Source: Zootoca vivipara
Taxonomy: Eukaryota
Length of the DNA: 64,000 nucleotides
Reading direction: 5' to 3'
Assembly: GCF_963506605.1 (NCBI RefSeq)
Contig: NC_083292.1
Location: forward strand, 25,978,001 to 26,042,000
Under the pieces are notes generated by a model. The model saw nothing but the letters and a program-made list of their open reading frames with translations, did no database searches and was not told the origin of the DNA. Of this stretch, positions 49,801 to 61,659 are shown piece after piece (position 1 is the stretch's first letter; every line of letters starts with the position of its first letter). A program made the translations under genes and the position numbers.

Positions 49801-52800
49801 GCCCCACGAACAACCCGAGATGAGAAACGTCGGGCGCAGCACAATGAAGGTGAGTGGGAACTGTTTTGCCAACGAACGTGATCCTTGAATTTAGCCACAC
49901 TGTTCCACGAGGAGAGGTTGCTTGGAGTGCTGACTGCCTTGCACCCCTCTGTAGAAGGATCTTATTGCAGGGTGTACTGCAGCACTGCAATCTGTTTAGC
50001 ATCTTGAAGGAGATTGGTCCACATCCCACCGTTCTTGTATGCCGATCATTCTTCCACCTCATGCTCAATTGTTATTTTGTTTGAATTCTTAGTAGGTCTG
50101 AGGCCCTGTATGTATTGAGATAGATTTGCGCGCAACAGAAATGTTTAAGAAGAAGAAAATTCATGTGAAACCAGAGAGCATTTCAGTTCACATACTCAAA
50201 ACAAGGCAGTCCCTCCCCGCAGGCTTACAGTCTAAAAACACAAGGGAAAGGGAGCAGACTTGGTGGTGTATTCTACATGTGCCATGGCTTCCAAACTAGG
50301 CGTGTGCTTCTCCATGTGCTCTGAATCCCACCACCTTTGGTGCTGCCTTTTTCCTCCTCTTCATTTTAGAAAGTTGGGTGCTGGCAAACCTTGCCGGGTT
50401 CTTGGTTTAACACAGCAGCAATGGGCTCCCGTGGACCAGAGGATCTCCCCAGTCTGAAGTAATTTGGCGAGGGCAGCAATCGCCAAGGTTGACTGCTATG
50501 ATTTTAGTGATGAATTGCTCTTTCCTAGCTGCTGTACGTACTGCCTCTTGTAATGTTTAATTATTTCTTTTAATTGTTGACAACCCAGTTTCTTTCTCTT
50601 TTTCCTTTTGAAGTTAAAGGAGAGTCATGCTCTCTCTCCTGACCCCCATATATACTATCTTGCTCACAACCTCTTTTGCATACCCTGTTTCTCCCCCTCC
50701 TTCACCTCATCTATTATCTTGCCTAGTATGTTCTAAAAAAAGAGATTCCCTCTAAAGAAATCCTCTAAGGGTGTAAAGATGTTGCTGCATATGCCAGTAT
50801 ATGTTCACATCTCATCCTCCAGGGATTTTATTCTGAGTTCTAAAGTATTTCCAACCCTGGCTAAAATTCTGGAAAAACTAGTAAGGCCTTTTGAAGTGTT
50901 TGAGTTGTGTTCAGTTGCATGTAATAATCGTCAAGAGGTGGGACCCGGCTGGCCACCTTAAATAGAGAGTTGTGTATGTAGAATGACCGGTGGTAGGCCA
51001 GGAGGCAGGGGATCATTTTGGGCTGGCCAAAAGGCTCTTCTTGAGGAATATCGAGTGCTTTTTCACCTAGGGCATAGCTAAACTATAGAACTGACTCCCG
51101 CAGCTGGCAGTGACGGCCACCAAATTGGATTACTTTAGAAGAGGATTGGACAAATTCATGGAGGAGGAAGCTACAAATGGGTACTCAGCATGATGGTGAT
51201 GCTGGGAGGCTGTCCTGATTTCAAATACCAGTTGCTACCGGTAGAAACCACAGGAAGGGAGAGTGCTCTTTTGCTTGCAAGTTTCCCGGGGCATTTGGTT
51301 GGCCGCTGTGAGAACAGCATGCTGGACTAGGTGGGCCCTTGGCCTCATCCAGCAGGCTCTGTCTATGATGTTTGTCTTTCCATCTCTTCCAGTGGAGCGC
51401 AGGCGCAGGGACAAGATCAACAACTGGATTGTGCAGCTGTCTAAGATTATCCCTGACTGTTCCATGGAGAACACCAAATCTGGACAGGTAAGGGGGCTTG
51501 GACTGGCCTTCTGTAGGAGCAGAGACAGTCTGGGCCCAGTTACAGAAAGGCCCCAGCAGGGTGCCAGCCCTTGACTTCAGGCTCGCTCAGGGTCAGCTGC
51601 TGCATCTGTGAAGCTGCTTGCCATTCTAATTTCCACAGTGCCCTGGCTTGATTCCATCATGTTGACGGCACCAGGGCTCTCTGGGTAATCTTAAAATGGT
51701 GGGCACATCGCTGAGGGATCGAAAAGGCCAGAAGGGGCTCTGCCTGAGGGAACTGACCTGAGCTCATCACCCTCTCAAACATTCTGCCTACCAAACTTCA
51801 AAATCTTGTATCCAGAACTCTACTCTGCACATCAAGGAAATCGTTCATTTTGGCGTTTAGTAACCCGTGGTGGTAAAAGGGACGTGGGTGGCGCTGTGGG
51901 TTAAACCACAGAGCCTAGGGCTTGCCGATCAGAAGGTCGGCAGTTTGAATCCCCGCAATGGGGTGAGCTCCCGTTGTTCGGTCCCAGCTCCTGCCCACCT
52001 AGCAGTTCGAAAGCACGTCAAAATGCAAGTGGATAAATAGGTACCGCTGCAGCGGGAAGGTAAACTGCGTTTCCGTGCACTGCTCTGGTTCGCCAGAAGC
52101 GGCTCTGTCATGCTGGCCACATGACCTGGAAGCTGTACGCCGGCTCCCTCGGCCAATAACGCGAGATGAGCGCCGCAACCCCAGAGTCGGTCACGACTGG
52201 ACCTAATGGTCAGCGGTCCCTTTAACCCGTGGTGGCGTCCATATCAAGCAATCTGTTTGCATGTGCATGGATTAAAAAACATATAGGTGCAAAACAGGAG
52301 CTGTTGGGTGAAGCAGCAGCCATTAACTGCTTTGGATGCCTTGTAAAAGCAGACCTGTTTGCCCAGACATCCCCTGACCCCAGAAGATTGGACCCTGTTT
52401 GTGTGTTTCAATCCCTTTAATGCCTTTTAAAATTCCTTTTTGCAAGCTTTGCTACTGCTTGCAGTTTGTTTTGGGTTGTATTTTTTTCTGTTAATTCTGT
52501 TGCTTTTCTATTGTTCAGAACTCAAAACTTTTAAAAACATTAAGTGGTTTATAAGAGCTTTTGAATAGAATCTTTTAAAAGACGATCCCGGGATCTGTCT
52601 TGCCACCCCCATCAGGAGGAGTCCCCTGCTTCCATCTTCACCTGGTCTAGGAATTGTTTGGTTCCCTGGAAACTGTCGGGGGTTGTTGCCTTAACTCGTT
52701 GCAGCACCTGGCAACAAAAGTTGTGCTGGTTTTAACATTTCTAGGCAGGAGGAGGCAGTTTTCCAGTCTTCAGGGAAACGGCACACTGAGATGGGTGGAA

Positions 52801-54189
52801 GGGGGAGGGGGTTGAAGAGAGAAGGCAGCCATGAACTGCCAAGTGTTCCCACCTGAAGTGTCAGGGGCTGGTACTACCCTGGGGCCTAATCCCTGGGCCT
52901 GCAGCTCAATCAATCGCTTTCACTGCAGAGCAAAGGAGGCATCCTCTCCAAAGCTTGTGACTACATCCAGGAGTTGCGGCAGAGCAACATCCGTCTCTCT
53001 GAGGAGCTGCAGGGCTTGGACCAGCTACAGATGGACAATGAGGTCTTGCGGCAGCAGGTAAGGCTAGCCAGAAGGGGGGCAGGGTATGGATGTTTTTCTA
53101 CCAGAAGGGGAGAAGTAGTGGGGGGGCTCTTCCAGCAGTCTGCCTATTGCTTGCAGCGGTATGGATGAATATGTAGGAACATAGGTAGTTGCCTTGTGCG
53201 GAGAGAAACCACTGGTCTTTCTAGCTCAGTATTGTCTACACTGACTAGCAGCGATTTCTGGCAGGTGTCTCTCTCCCTGGAGATTCTACTGGGCATTGAA
53301 CTTGGGTCCTTCTCGATGCTTTCCACTGAGCTGCAGTCCTTCCCTTAGCATATAGGGACACAGGAAGCTGCCGTATACTGAGGCAAATCATTGGCCCATC
53401 TAGCTCAGTATTGCCTACACTGATTGGCAACAGCAGCTCTCAGGCGTTTGAGGCAGAGGATATTCCCAGCCCTGTCTGCAAATTAAACCTGGGGAGGAAT
53501 GGCAAACCAAGCTGATGGACTATACCAGGCACCCCCAAACTTCGGCCCTCCAGATGTTTTGGACTACAATTCCCATCTTCCCCGACCACTGGTTCTGTTA
53601 GCTAGGGATCATGGGAGTTGTAGGCCAAAACATCTGGAGGGCCAAAGTTTGGGGATGCCTGGACCATACCATAATGGCAAAACTGACTAGAAAACTCAGA
53701 AACTAAGAGGACAAAAACTCTATAAAAGAATGGAAAAAATTTATAAGCTGCTTAGGAGACCACTGTAAGCAGATGGAAACATTGCCAGGATTTTGATTTC
53801 ACTTGTAGTGTAACAATTACCATGGATAATATGGATTGATATAATAGAGTATGGAAGAATATGCAGTTTTAAATGTTCAAAATGGGACCCCATTTTGAGA
53901 GGGTGGGGGGAAGTCCCGAAATTCGGAGGAATCTCTGTATATGGATATATATTTCAATATTTATAACTTTGTATATATCTAAAACCAAATAAAAATGCTT
54001 TTAAAAAAAAGATTTCAAGTTGAACCTGGGACCTTCTGCATGCAAGGCAGGCGCTCTGCCACAGAGCTGAGGCCCTTCCCTGCTTCCTTTCTCCCCCTGC
54101 AGGTTGAAGACCTGAAAAACAAGAACCTGGTTTTGCGAGCGCAGCTGCGGCAGCACGGCGTGGAGGTCATCATCAAGGACAGCCACTGA
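43808..54189 (+). CDS. USF1: Upstream stimulatory factor 1 (bHLH-ZIP), complete CDS, 311 aa
   Basis: join(43808-43815, 44844-44893, 45149-45267, 46956-47057, 48213-48411, 49515-49602, 49791-49849, 51393-51487, 52929-53057, 54103-54189) = 936 nt in frame; MKGQQKAVETEEGTVQIQE...RDEKRRAQHNEVERRRRDKINNWIVQLSKIIPDC...SKGGILSKACDYIQELRQSN. Confidence 0.97.
44159..44294. mobile_element. 136-bp palindromic hAT MITE
   Basis: TSD gcctattg. Confidence 0.88.
44844..44893 (+). CDS. USF1: USF1 exon 3
   Basis: QQKAVETEEGTVQIQE. Confidence 0.93.
45149..45267 (+). CDS. USF1: USF1 exon 4
   Basis: AVATGEDPTSVAIASIQSAATFPDPNIKYVFRTENGGTQ. Confidence 0.95.
46182..46318 (+). mobile_element. tRNA-derived SINE head
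   Basis: A box tagctcagtgg, B box ggttcaatcc; many diverged copies (about 12815, 17250, 43040, 53300, 54015, 56170). Confidence 0.65.
46321..46681. mobile_element. Tc1/mariner (Tigger-like) MITE
   Basis: Perfect TIR cagtcgtaccttggtt / aaccaaggtacgactg; TA TSD. Confidence 0.85.
46956..47057 (+). CDS. USF1: USF1 exon 5
   Basis: LMYRVIQVAEGQLDGQTEGTGAISGYPATQSMTQ. Confidence 0.95.
48213..48411 (+). CDS. USF1: USF1 exon 6
   Basis: AVIQGAFTSEDAVETE...LLGQATPTGT. Confidence 0.95.
48650..49205 (-). mobile_element. L1/Tx1-like LINE 3' fragment
   Basis: Perfect 17-bp TSD acgatgtcgtgcatcta (48633-48649, 49206-49222); A-rich tail on minus strand. Confidence 0.8.
49515..49602 (+). CDS. USF1: USF1 exon 7 (USF-specific region)
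   Basis: QFFVMMSPQEVLQSGTQRSIAPRTHPYSP. Confidence 0.95.
49791..49849 (+). CDS. USF1: USF1 exon 8 (basic region)
   Basis: KSEAPRTTRDEKRRAQHNE. Confidence 0.95.
51393..51487 (+). CDS. USF1: USF1 exon 9 (helix 1 and loop)
   Basis: VERRRRDKINNWIVQLSKIIPDCSMENTKSGQ. Confidence 0.96.
51874..52222 (+). mobile_element. Sauria-type SINE
   Basis: Full-length-like; 13-bp TSD taacccgtggtgg. Confidence 0.87.
52929..53057 (+). CDS. USF1: USF1 exon 10 (helix 2 and zipper)
   Basis: SKGGILSKACDYIQELRQSNIRLSEELQGLDQLQMDNEVLRQQ. Confidence 0.96.
53526..53661. mobile_element. 136-bp palindromic hAT MITE
   Basis: TSD gactatac/gaccatac. Confidence 0.85.
54103..54189 (+). CDS. USF1: USF1 terminal coding exon
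   Basis: VEDLKNKNLVLRAQLRQHGVEVIIKDSH*. Confidence 0.95.
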   Translation, partial: VEDLKNKNLVLRAQLRQHGVEVIIKDSH

Positions 54190-55121
54190 TAAGCCACCAC
54201 TGACCAAGGGCCCTCCTTGCCCTCCTCCTCCTCCTCCAGCACAGCAGCCAACGGGGGTCCTGTGCCTCGCCGGTGCTTCCATGCCAGGCCCCCGTCCTTG
54301 TTGTACAGACCCAGTGAGCAGCGCTGTTGCCCGGGCCAGGGAGCTGGGCTGGGCTCAGCTCAGGACACTTGCCTCTGCCCAGTGCTCTCCTTCATGGCCC
54401 GGGACCTGGCTTGCCCCCTTGAGCTTAGACGCTGCCTCTCGACACAGTCCTCTGTCTTGATACGACCCTAATCAGTTCCAGGGTCATGACCTTTTCTCTC
54501 TTTCTTTCTCTCCTCCCTTTGAACAGCACCTCCCACCTGTGCGCTCGACACACCTCTCGCTGTGTCCGTGCATGCGATATTATGTAGACATGTTGCACGT
54601 CCCCCATTTCTCCCTCGCGCCGCTTATAGGCCCTGCCCTCCACAGCACTGCCCATCTCCGGGCACCTTACTCTTTGTGAGCGTGGAGAGCTGAGGAGCTG
54701 AGAGTCTTCCTCTCCCCCAGCCCTGCTTTGTGGCTCTCTGGCCCAGTAGGAGGAACCCTTTACACCACAGAGACAGCCTCACACACGCTTCCCCTTCAAG
54801 GCTGGCCACCTAGTTCTGCCTCTGGGCTTCCACTCAAACAGCTGCAGGTCTGATGTGGCCCTGAAAACCCTCCCGAGAGTCTGGGCTTGCAGTGAAGACA
54901 AGCCTGCCACAGCCTCCCCCTTTCTTTACTCCACACCATGGAAGGTGATTTAAAGTTGCTCTCGTGCCATGGAAGCCGTTTGCCAAGGAGGTGAGTGTGG
55001 GCCGAGAGCAGCAGTAGCTGTCCTCCCGTCTCAGGTGATTGGACAACTGGTTGGGGTGATGCTTCTCTTTTTTTTCCTCCCCCCGTTTTTTGTTTTTTTA
55101 AAAAAGTCTCTGGATTAAAAA

Positions 55122-55127
55122 AATAAA
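55122..55127 (+). terminator. Probable USF1 polyadenylation signal
   Basis: AATAAA after a U-rich tract, followed by GU-rich gtgttctgtgttct about 20 nt downstream. Confidence 0.7.
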
Positions 55128-55169
55128 GTAATGGAAAAGCAAGTGGGTGTTCTGTGTTCTGGCTTGCGG

Positions 55170-55711
55170 ATGAGTGTCAAGTCTCCTCTTGCAGCGGTGG
55201 AGAGGACATTGAGTTTGGTCCTGCCAAAATAGGGGGCAGTACTGGTGAAGCAGCTGGAGAGCACTGGCCTTGAACTGGTGGGTTGGGGTATTGAAGAAGG
55301 ATATTGACAAGTTGGCACATTTGCGGAAGAGAGTGACCAAACTAATCGGGGTAACCAAGCCTTGTGAAGAATGGTCAAGGGAGTTCGGGGATGTTTTGCC
55401 TGGAGAAGATGAGGCCGAGAAGTGATGTGATAGCCATCTTCAAACATCTGAAGGGCTACCAATTGGAATATGGAGGAAGTTTGTGTTCTGCTGCCACTGA
55501 GGACAGGACCCAAACCAGCTGATTCAAATGATAAGAAAGATGATTCCGACTAAATATCAGGAGGAGCTTTCTGACAAAAAGAGCCGCTTGGCAGTGGAAC
55601 AAAGTCCTTCAAAAGGTGGTGGGCTCTCCTACCCTGGATGTTGTTTAACAGTGGTTGGATGGCGATCTGTCTTTAACTGCGGTTCCTGCATTGCAAGGGG
55701 TTGGACTAGAC
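55170..55711 (+). mobile_element. Degraded CR1 LINE 3' fragment
   Basis: ggatattgacaagttg...tagccatcttcaaacatctgaaggg...gggttggactaga. Confidence 0.65.
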
Positions 55712-55847
55712 CAGTGTTTCCCAACCTTGGGTCCCCAGCTGCTTTTGGACTACAGTTCCCATCATCCTTGACCGCTGGTCTTGCTAGCTAGGGATGATGG
55801 GAGTTGTAGTCCAAAAACTGCTGGAGGGCCGAGGTTGGGAAACACTG
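55712..55847. mobile_element. 136-bp hAT MITE (variant TIR) inserted in a CR1 tail
   Basis: TSD gactagac; TIR cagtgtttccc. Confidence 0.85.
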
Positions 55848-56636
55848 GACTAGACAACCCTTGGTTGTATGACCCACTACTAGGTCATGGTCTGAACCAA
55901 AGTGGTTGCAACAGTGTTGTTGTTATAACACCATACACCAGTGTGGTGTAGTGGTTAGAGTGTTGGCCTAGAACCTTGGGAGGCCAGGGTTCAAATTCCC
56001 ACTTGCCCATGAAACTTTCTGGGCCACCTTGAGCCTATACTAACCTACCTCACAGGGTTCTTGTGGGGATCAAATGAGGAGAGGGGGAGAGCCATGTATA
56101 CCACCTTAAACTCCTTAGAAAAAGGTGTGATATAAATGCAGTAAACAAATACATTTCCCTGCCTTAGGTGGAGAGTCCAGACATTGATTCTGGTTCCTTC
56201 TGCATGCACAGCATGTGTCCTTCCACACAGCCTTTCTCTACACCAGGACACTAGCTAAGGACGTGGAAATTTCACACAACCCTTGCACCAAATAGTTGGA
56301 GATCAGAGCACAAAAAGTACTTGTGTGTGTGTTTGTGTCTTACGCTAATTATATTCTCACCCAACATATTTTGGCTTGCATAAAATGGGAGAGCCGTTAC
56401 CTAGCGCTTCTAGGTTAGATACACTAACCCAGCTGGTGCCATTTCCCTGAGCCAAATGGTCAAAACAAAGTGCAAGGTCTGGTGGATGGTGATTGTTATT
56501 AAAGCGCAGAATTCACACACAGCCCCAAACTTGTCAGATCTCTCCCCAGGGCAATTTCTAATCCCCACCCCTAAAGTTCTGTCCCTTTGCTCAGGTGGAG
56601 TTTATCCATGCAGAGGGTCATCCATTGTGGGTGTTC

Positions 56637-56943
56637 CTAGACCAGGAATCCTCTGGGTTTTGGGAAAGGACCTGGCTGTTTCCCCTCCTCACTTCCGGAC
56701 GAAGACCCCTGCTCCTCAGAGAGGCTGTTGCTTCTCCATCTCCCCCAGGGTTGCCGTGGGCCACCTGGAAGTGTGGCCTGGCTGAGGTTCCCCTGCTCGG
56801 GCCTCCATTCACGATGAGCATAGGTGGTGTTGGGAGTGGAGCTGGTGAAGATCCAGAGGGGCTTGGTGACGGGGCTGGCCGCAGGGTTGGCTCCAGAAGG
56901 ATTCTTTACAACGATCAGGCGCCCCAATGTGAAGCTGTCTGTC
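56637..56943 (-). CDS. IGSF11-like terminal (cytoplasmic) exon
   Basis: ccgcag acceptor, phase 2 fits the TM exon; TDSFTLGRLIV...PKPRGFLV*. Confidence 0.78.
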
Positions 56944-59900
56944 CTGCGGAGCAACAGTCAAGGTTAGCCACATTTGAAACACTAGGGCTCAGTCTAGGGC
57001 AGGCTTCCTCAAACTCAGCCCTCCAGATGTTTTTGGCCTACAACTCCCATGATCCCTAGCTAGCAGGACCAGTGGTCAAGGATGATGGGAATTGTAGTCT
57101 CAAAACATCTTGAGGGCCGAGTTTGAGGAAGCCTGGTCTAGGGGGTCCCCCTAAAACTGTTTCACAAGCTTTATTTAGGTGGTCTGAAGGATGGCAACAG
57201 CAGTGGCTGTTCCATAGTTCTTGGAACCTAGTGGTTTAGAAGATGAGCAGGGTGAGATGCAGGAAGAGGCACTTCAAAAGGAGTGGAGAGGATTATCAGC
57301 TTGGAGGTGAGTGGTGTAGGCTTGAGGTTCTGGGGGAGAGGCACTTCTATAGCTCCCAGAATTTATTTATTTTTAGGGGTGGAGGGGCCTTGATGGTTTA
57401 AAGTGTTATTGTAGTGCTCTAAATGTATGCTACAAATGCGCCTTGTGTATAATACCCCAAATGGTAGGTGACCGAGGACGGCCTCGGTCCAGTATACCTG
57501 AAGGAGCGTCTCCACCCGTGTTGCTCAGGCCGGACACTGAGGTCCAGCGCGAGGGCCTTCTGGCAGCTCCCTCTCTGCGAGCAGCCAAGTTACAGGGAAC
57601 CAGGCAGAGGGCCTTCTCGGTAGTGGCACCCGCCCTGTGGAACGCCCTCCCACCAGATGTCAAAGAGAAAAACAACTACCAGACTTTTAGAGGACATCTG
57701 AAGGCAGCCCTGTTTAGGGAAGCTTTTAATGTTTAAGAAATTATTGTATTTTAATACTTCTGTTGGAAGCCGCCCAGCGTGGCTGGGGAAACCCAGCCAG
57801 ATGGGTGGGGTATAAATAAACTATTATTATTATTATTATTTATTCCTGGTTGCAATTCAGAGGTCTGCGCTGATCCTAGTCCAAGAAGCATGCTAGCCCA
57901 CATTGGCCCTTGCATTGATTTACCTGTGCTTTTTGCGTGCATTGTCCTGTTCCAGCTCTCTCTGCTTCTCCACGCTCTGATGGTGCAGCCACAACACCAG
58001 TGCAAACAGCGTCATCAGCACCAGGCCCATCGTGAACACGAGGCTGATCCCCACTGCGAGGGAGGTGGTGCCATGTGAGGCTGGAATACAGCAAAGGAAA
58101 CAGGATGAGAGAATGGCCACTCACAGCGCCCATCAGCCCCGTTATCCCTGCTGGCTGAGACTGATGGGAAATGTAGTCGAGAGCATTTGGAGGGCACCAC
58201 GTTGGGGAAGGCTGGCTGAAGACCGCCGTCTTGCCCCTAGCTACAGCCAAGCCTAGTAGGGTTTCTAGATCTCAAGGAGGACAGAGTTAACAGTTGTACG
58301 GAAGAGGTAACTGGGAATGGTCCTAAACTCTGGGAGAGTGGAACTTCCCCACCTTATTGCAGGAAAAAGATGGGGGGCCTTTGGATAGCGGCAACAGAGC
58401 TTCAACTGGGAGCCTGCCTGATCCATAGCTCTGTCTGCAATCTTAACTCCACTTACCTGTGCAGAGCTAACACCCGAGATGCATATATTTTAGGACCTAT
58501 TCCAAACGGCTTTTAAGAATTGTGTTTAAATTGTCGTCACCCACCCCGGGTTGAAGGGCAGGTAATAAATTGTAATAACAACACCAATAATAATTGATAA
58601 TATAGGCAAGTACATCGGGGGGGGGGGAGTCCTAGGCATATTCAAAGATGGACGCCTTGGTGCAATGAAGCCATGCCATGTGAATCTCCTGGATCTGCAG
58701 CTGAGGGCACCAGCTTAGACCCCGGCCCTTTCCAGACCCTGGCGATACTCACTGACGTGAACACGCAGCTCCAGGACGCAGGAGGTGGAGCCCAGCATGT
58801 TGGAGGCCGTGCAGCGGTAAAGGCCCGAGGCCTGCGTCGTCAGGTTTTGCAAGGTCAGGAGGGCACGCTTGCCATCTGCCCAACGAGAGGGCCGGAGCCG
58901 GAGGAGAAAGGGGAAATTAGCAATGGGAAGTAACTCCTCCCCAACCCCAACCCCAATCACAATCAGCATAGGACCCTCATCTGTATTACATGAATGTGAG
59001 CAGGAGTTGACCCGCCACTGCGTCCCCTTAGGAGAATTCTTCAAAGCTTGGCTGAGATGAATGGGTGTCAAAAGATGCATTCTTGTTCCCGGAATAATGA
59101 GGCAGTGGGAAGTTTGTGTGTATGTGTGTGTTAAGAACAAGGGAGGATCCGTAGCCTAGATTGGATAAACCCTTGGATTCAGCACTTTGGGACGTTTCGT
59201 CTTCCAAATCAGGCTTCCTTAGCTTGCTGCCCTCCTGATGCTTTTATAGTCCACAATTCCCATCAACCCCCGGCTGGCATGGTCGGGGCTGGGGGTGTAT
59301 TGGAGCTGCAGTACAAAATCCCTGTGTGGTGCTGCTCTAAATTGATTTTTAATAGAGTTAGACAACTAATAATCATCACAACAACAAAAATATTGTTGCT
59401 TAGAAGTTAATAGCTGCTGATCCACCAATACGAGATCCCGTTTTTTAAGTGTATTTGGGCTGGCCAGTTTTACCATATCGAAGTTTTCCCAACTCACCTG
59501 GCTGGATGCCACATCATCCTCGAACGGAGAACAATATCTTCCCCATTCCTTATTAAAATTTTGGTCTTCCTGATTGTTATTGGCCCAGAGATGGGAAAGA
59601 AGATAGAGTCCCTACCCGAGAAGAATGGCAGATTAACTTGACGGATTATGCTGAAATGGCTAAAATGGCTGGAAGAATCAGAAATCGGGGAGACCAAAAT
59701 TTTGATAAAGACCGGGGGAAAGTTATATTTTATCTTACAAACCATTGCAAACAGCTAAAATATTGTAGTTTAATGGTGAATTTTGGACACAATGGAGAGG
59801 TAAACGATTTGGATTATTATAAAAGATGCAGGAGGAAATTATTGACAATAGGACCCACAAAGGCGAGGAAGGAGATTCTTTGGAATCATGTTTTTATGTT

Positions 59901-61597
59901 GTATGTTATGATGATGATGATGATGATGGTGATGATGATAATAATAATAATAATAATAATACTTTTATTATTTATACCCCATCCATCTGGCTGGGTTTCC
60001 CCAGCCACTCTGGGCGGCTTCCAGCAGAAATATTAAAATACAATAATTTATTAAACATTAAAGCTTCCCTAAATAGGGGTGCTCTGTTGGGTATGTGATT
60101 GTAAAATTTTAATCTGAAAAACCAAATAAATAAATTTTAAAAAGAAAAGAATGGGGAACAATAGGCCAAGAAAAAGGGCCTGCGTTTGAGAGAGCTGTGG
60201 GCAAGAGTTTGGGACTGATGCTGGAAGCTGGAGACTCAGAAATATGTGCTCTGTGCTGTACCTGGGGGCTCCCCTGGAAACCTAATGGGGAAGCTATATT
60301 TGTTGGGGCGTTAATGCTGCGAGTCCCTCCCTCCTATGCTGGGGTTTGCATTTTTGTGAGAATTAAACCATGCACCTTAAAGATACCACCATCTCTCTTC
60401 ATTCCAAGGAAACTGAACCTGGGTATGCACAGGAACCCCTGGAGAATCTTGCAGCCTGGCCGTTAGGGTGCATGCAACAATATATAACATCCCTTCGCAA
60501 ACCTTAAATCAAATAAAAGTCCTCCTATCATTTTGCTGCTTGCCCTACTCGTACTGGGACCAGCAGCTGTTGAACACCGCCTCTCTCGGCTTCTTGTTAC
60601 CTTCAAAACTCATCATCAGAGGTTGCGCATCTGGTGGGATCTTCTCCCAGGTGAACGTGGGGGTGGGCATCCCTTCATCCACGGTGCACGAGAACTGGAG
60701 GCTTCCGCCCTCCTCGCTGTCGCCCTCGCTGGAGCACATGGGACGAGAGGGAGGCACTGGGGGAGGGACACAGAATAAGAGGAAGTCCAGTTCAGACTCA
60801 CAAGCCCCATTTCTTCAGAGAGGACGATTCTCGCTTTTAAAATACTCAAATATTTTAAAGATGACAATAATGAAATCGTTCCAAATGAAGATTATGTAGA
60901 GGCCTGGCAATATTTAGAATTTTTTTTTAAAAAAAAGGTAATGAAAACCAAATGTTTGATATGCTAACTAGAATAAAAGCCCAAAGTAATATTACAGATG
61001 GCGCACATGCCGCTTGCTTTTGTTTTGAAATTCGTTATCTAAACATTAACCAACCATTAGCGTTTTTCAATTGATTTGTTCGTTTTGATAACTTCCAGGA
61101 AAATGCTGGTTTGATCAGGAGCTGTAGTATCCTATTTTTCCTAACCAGCCTGTGATTTGGGAGTGAGGAGTTGCACAAATTCTAACAATAGCAAGTAAAT
61201 TAAATAATAAATTGATATTAACAGTTTATACCTCAGGTATCCAATAAGATTTTTCTTTGAATTTGGTTGGTTGGGAAAAAAATTATCCTGTTATTTCTTT
61301 AATTTTGTCTAAGATTATGTTCCAGGAAACTTGTTAACGCTAAGACGAGACCAAAGTATATAAATTAACATCTGCATGAGTAGAATTACATCTCTGGCAT
61401 TTACTACTGGCATTGGGATAGATCTTGTGAAATCTGCAAGGGCTGAGACACCGCAGAAATATATTATATTATGAAGATACCTCACTTGCAAATGACTACA
61501 GATTAGTCATGGGAGTGAAGTCAGAAAGCAAGGAGACCCACGGTAGATGGAGCCTAAGCAAATAATAGATGGAGCCAACTGAGGCCACATTCATGAC

Positions 61598-61659
<62 letters not shown>

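Noticed and set aside
9601-57135. CRISPR-like or pre-miRNA reading of the recurring palindromes
   Set aside because: Dispersed, with TIRs and 8-bp TSDs, so these are MITEs in a eukaryotic genome; there is no repeat-spacer array.
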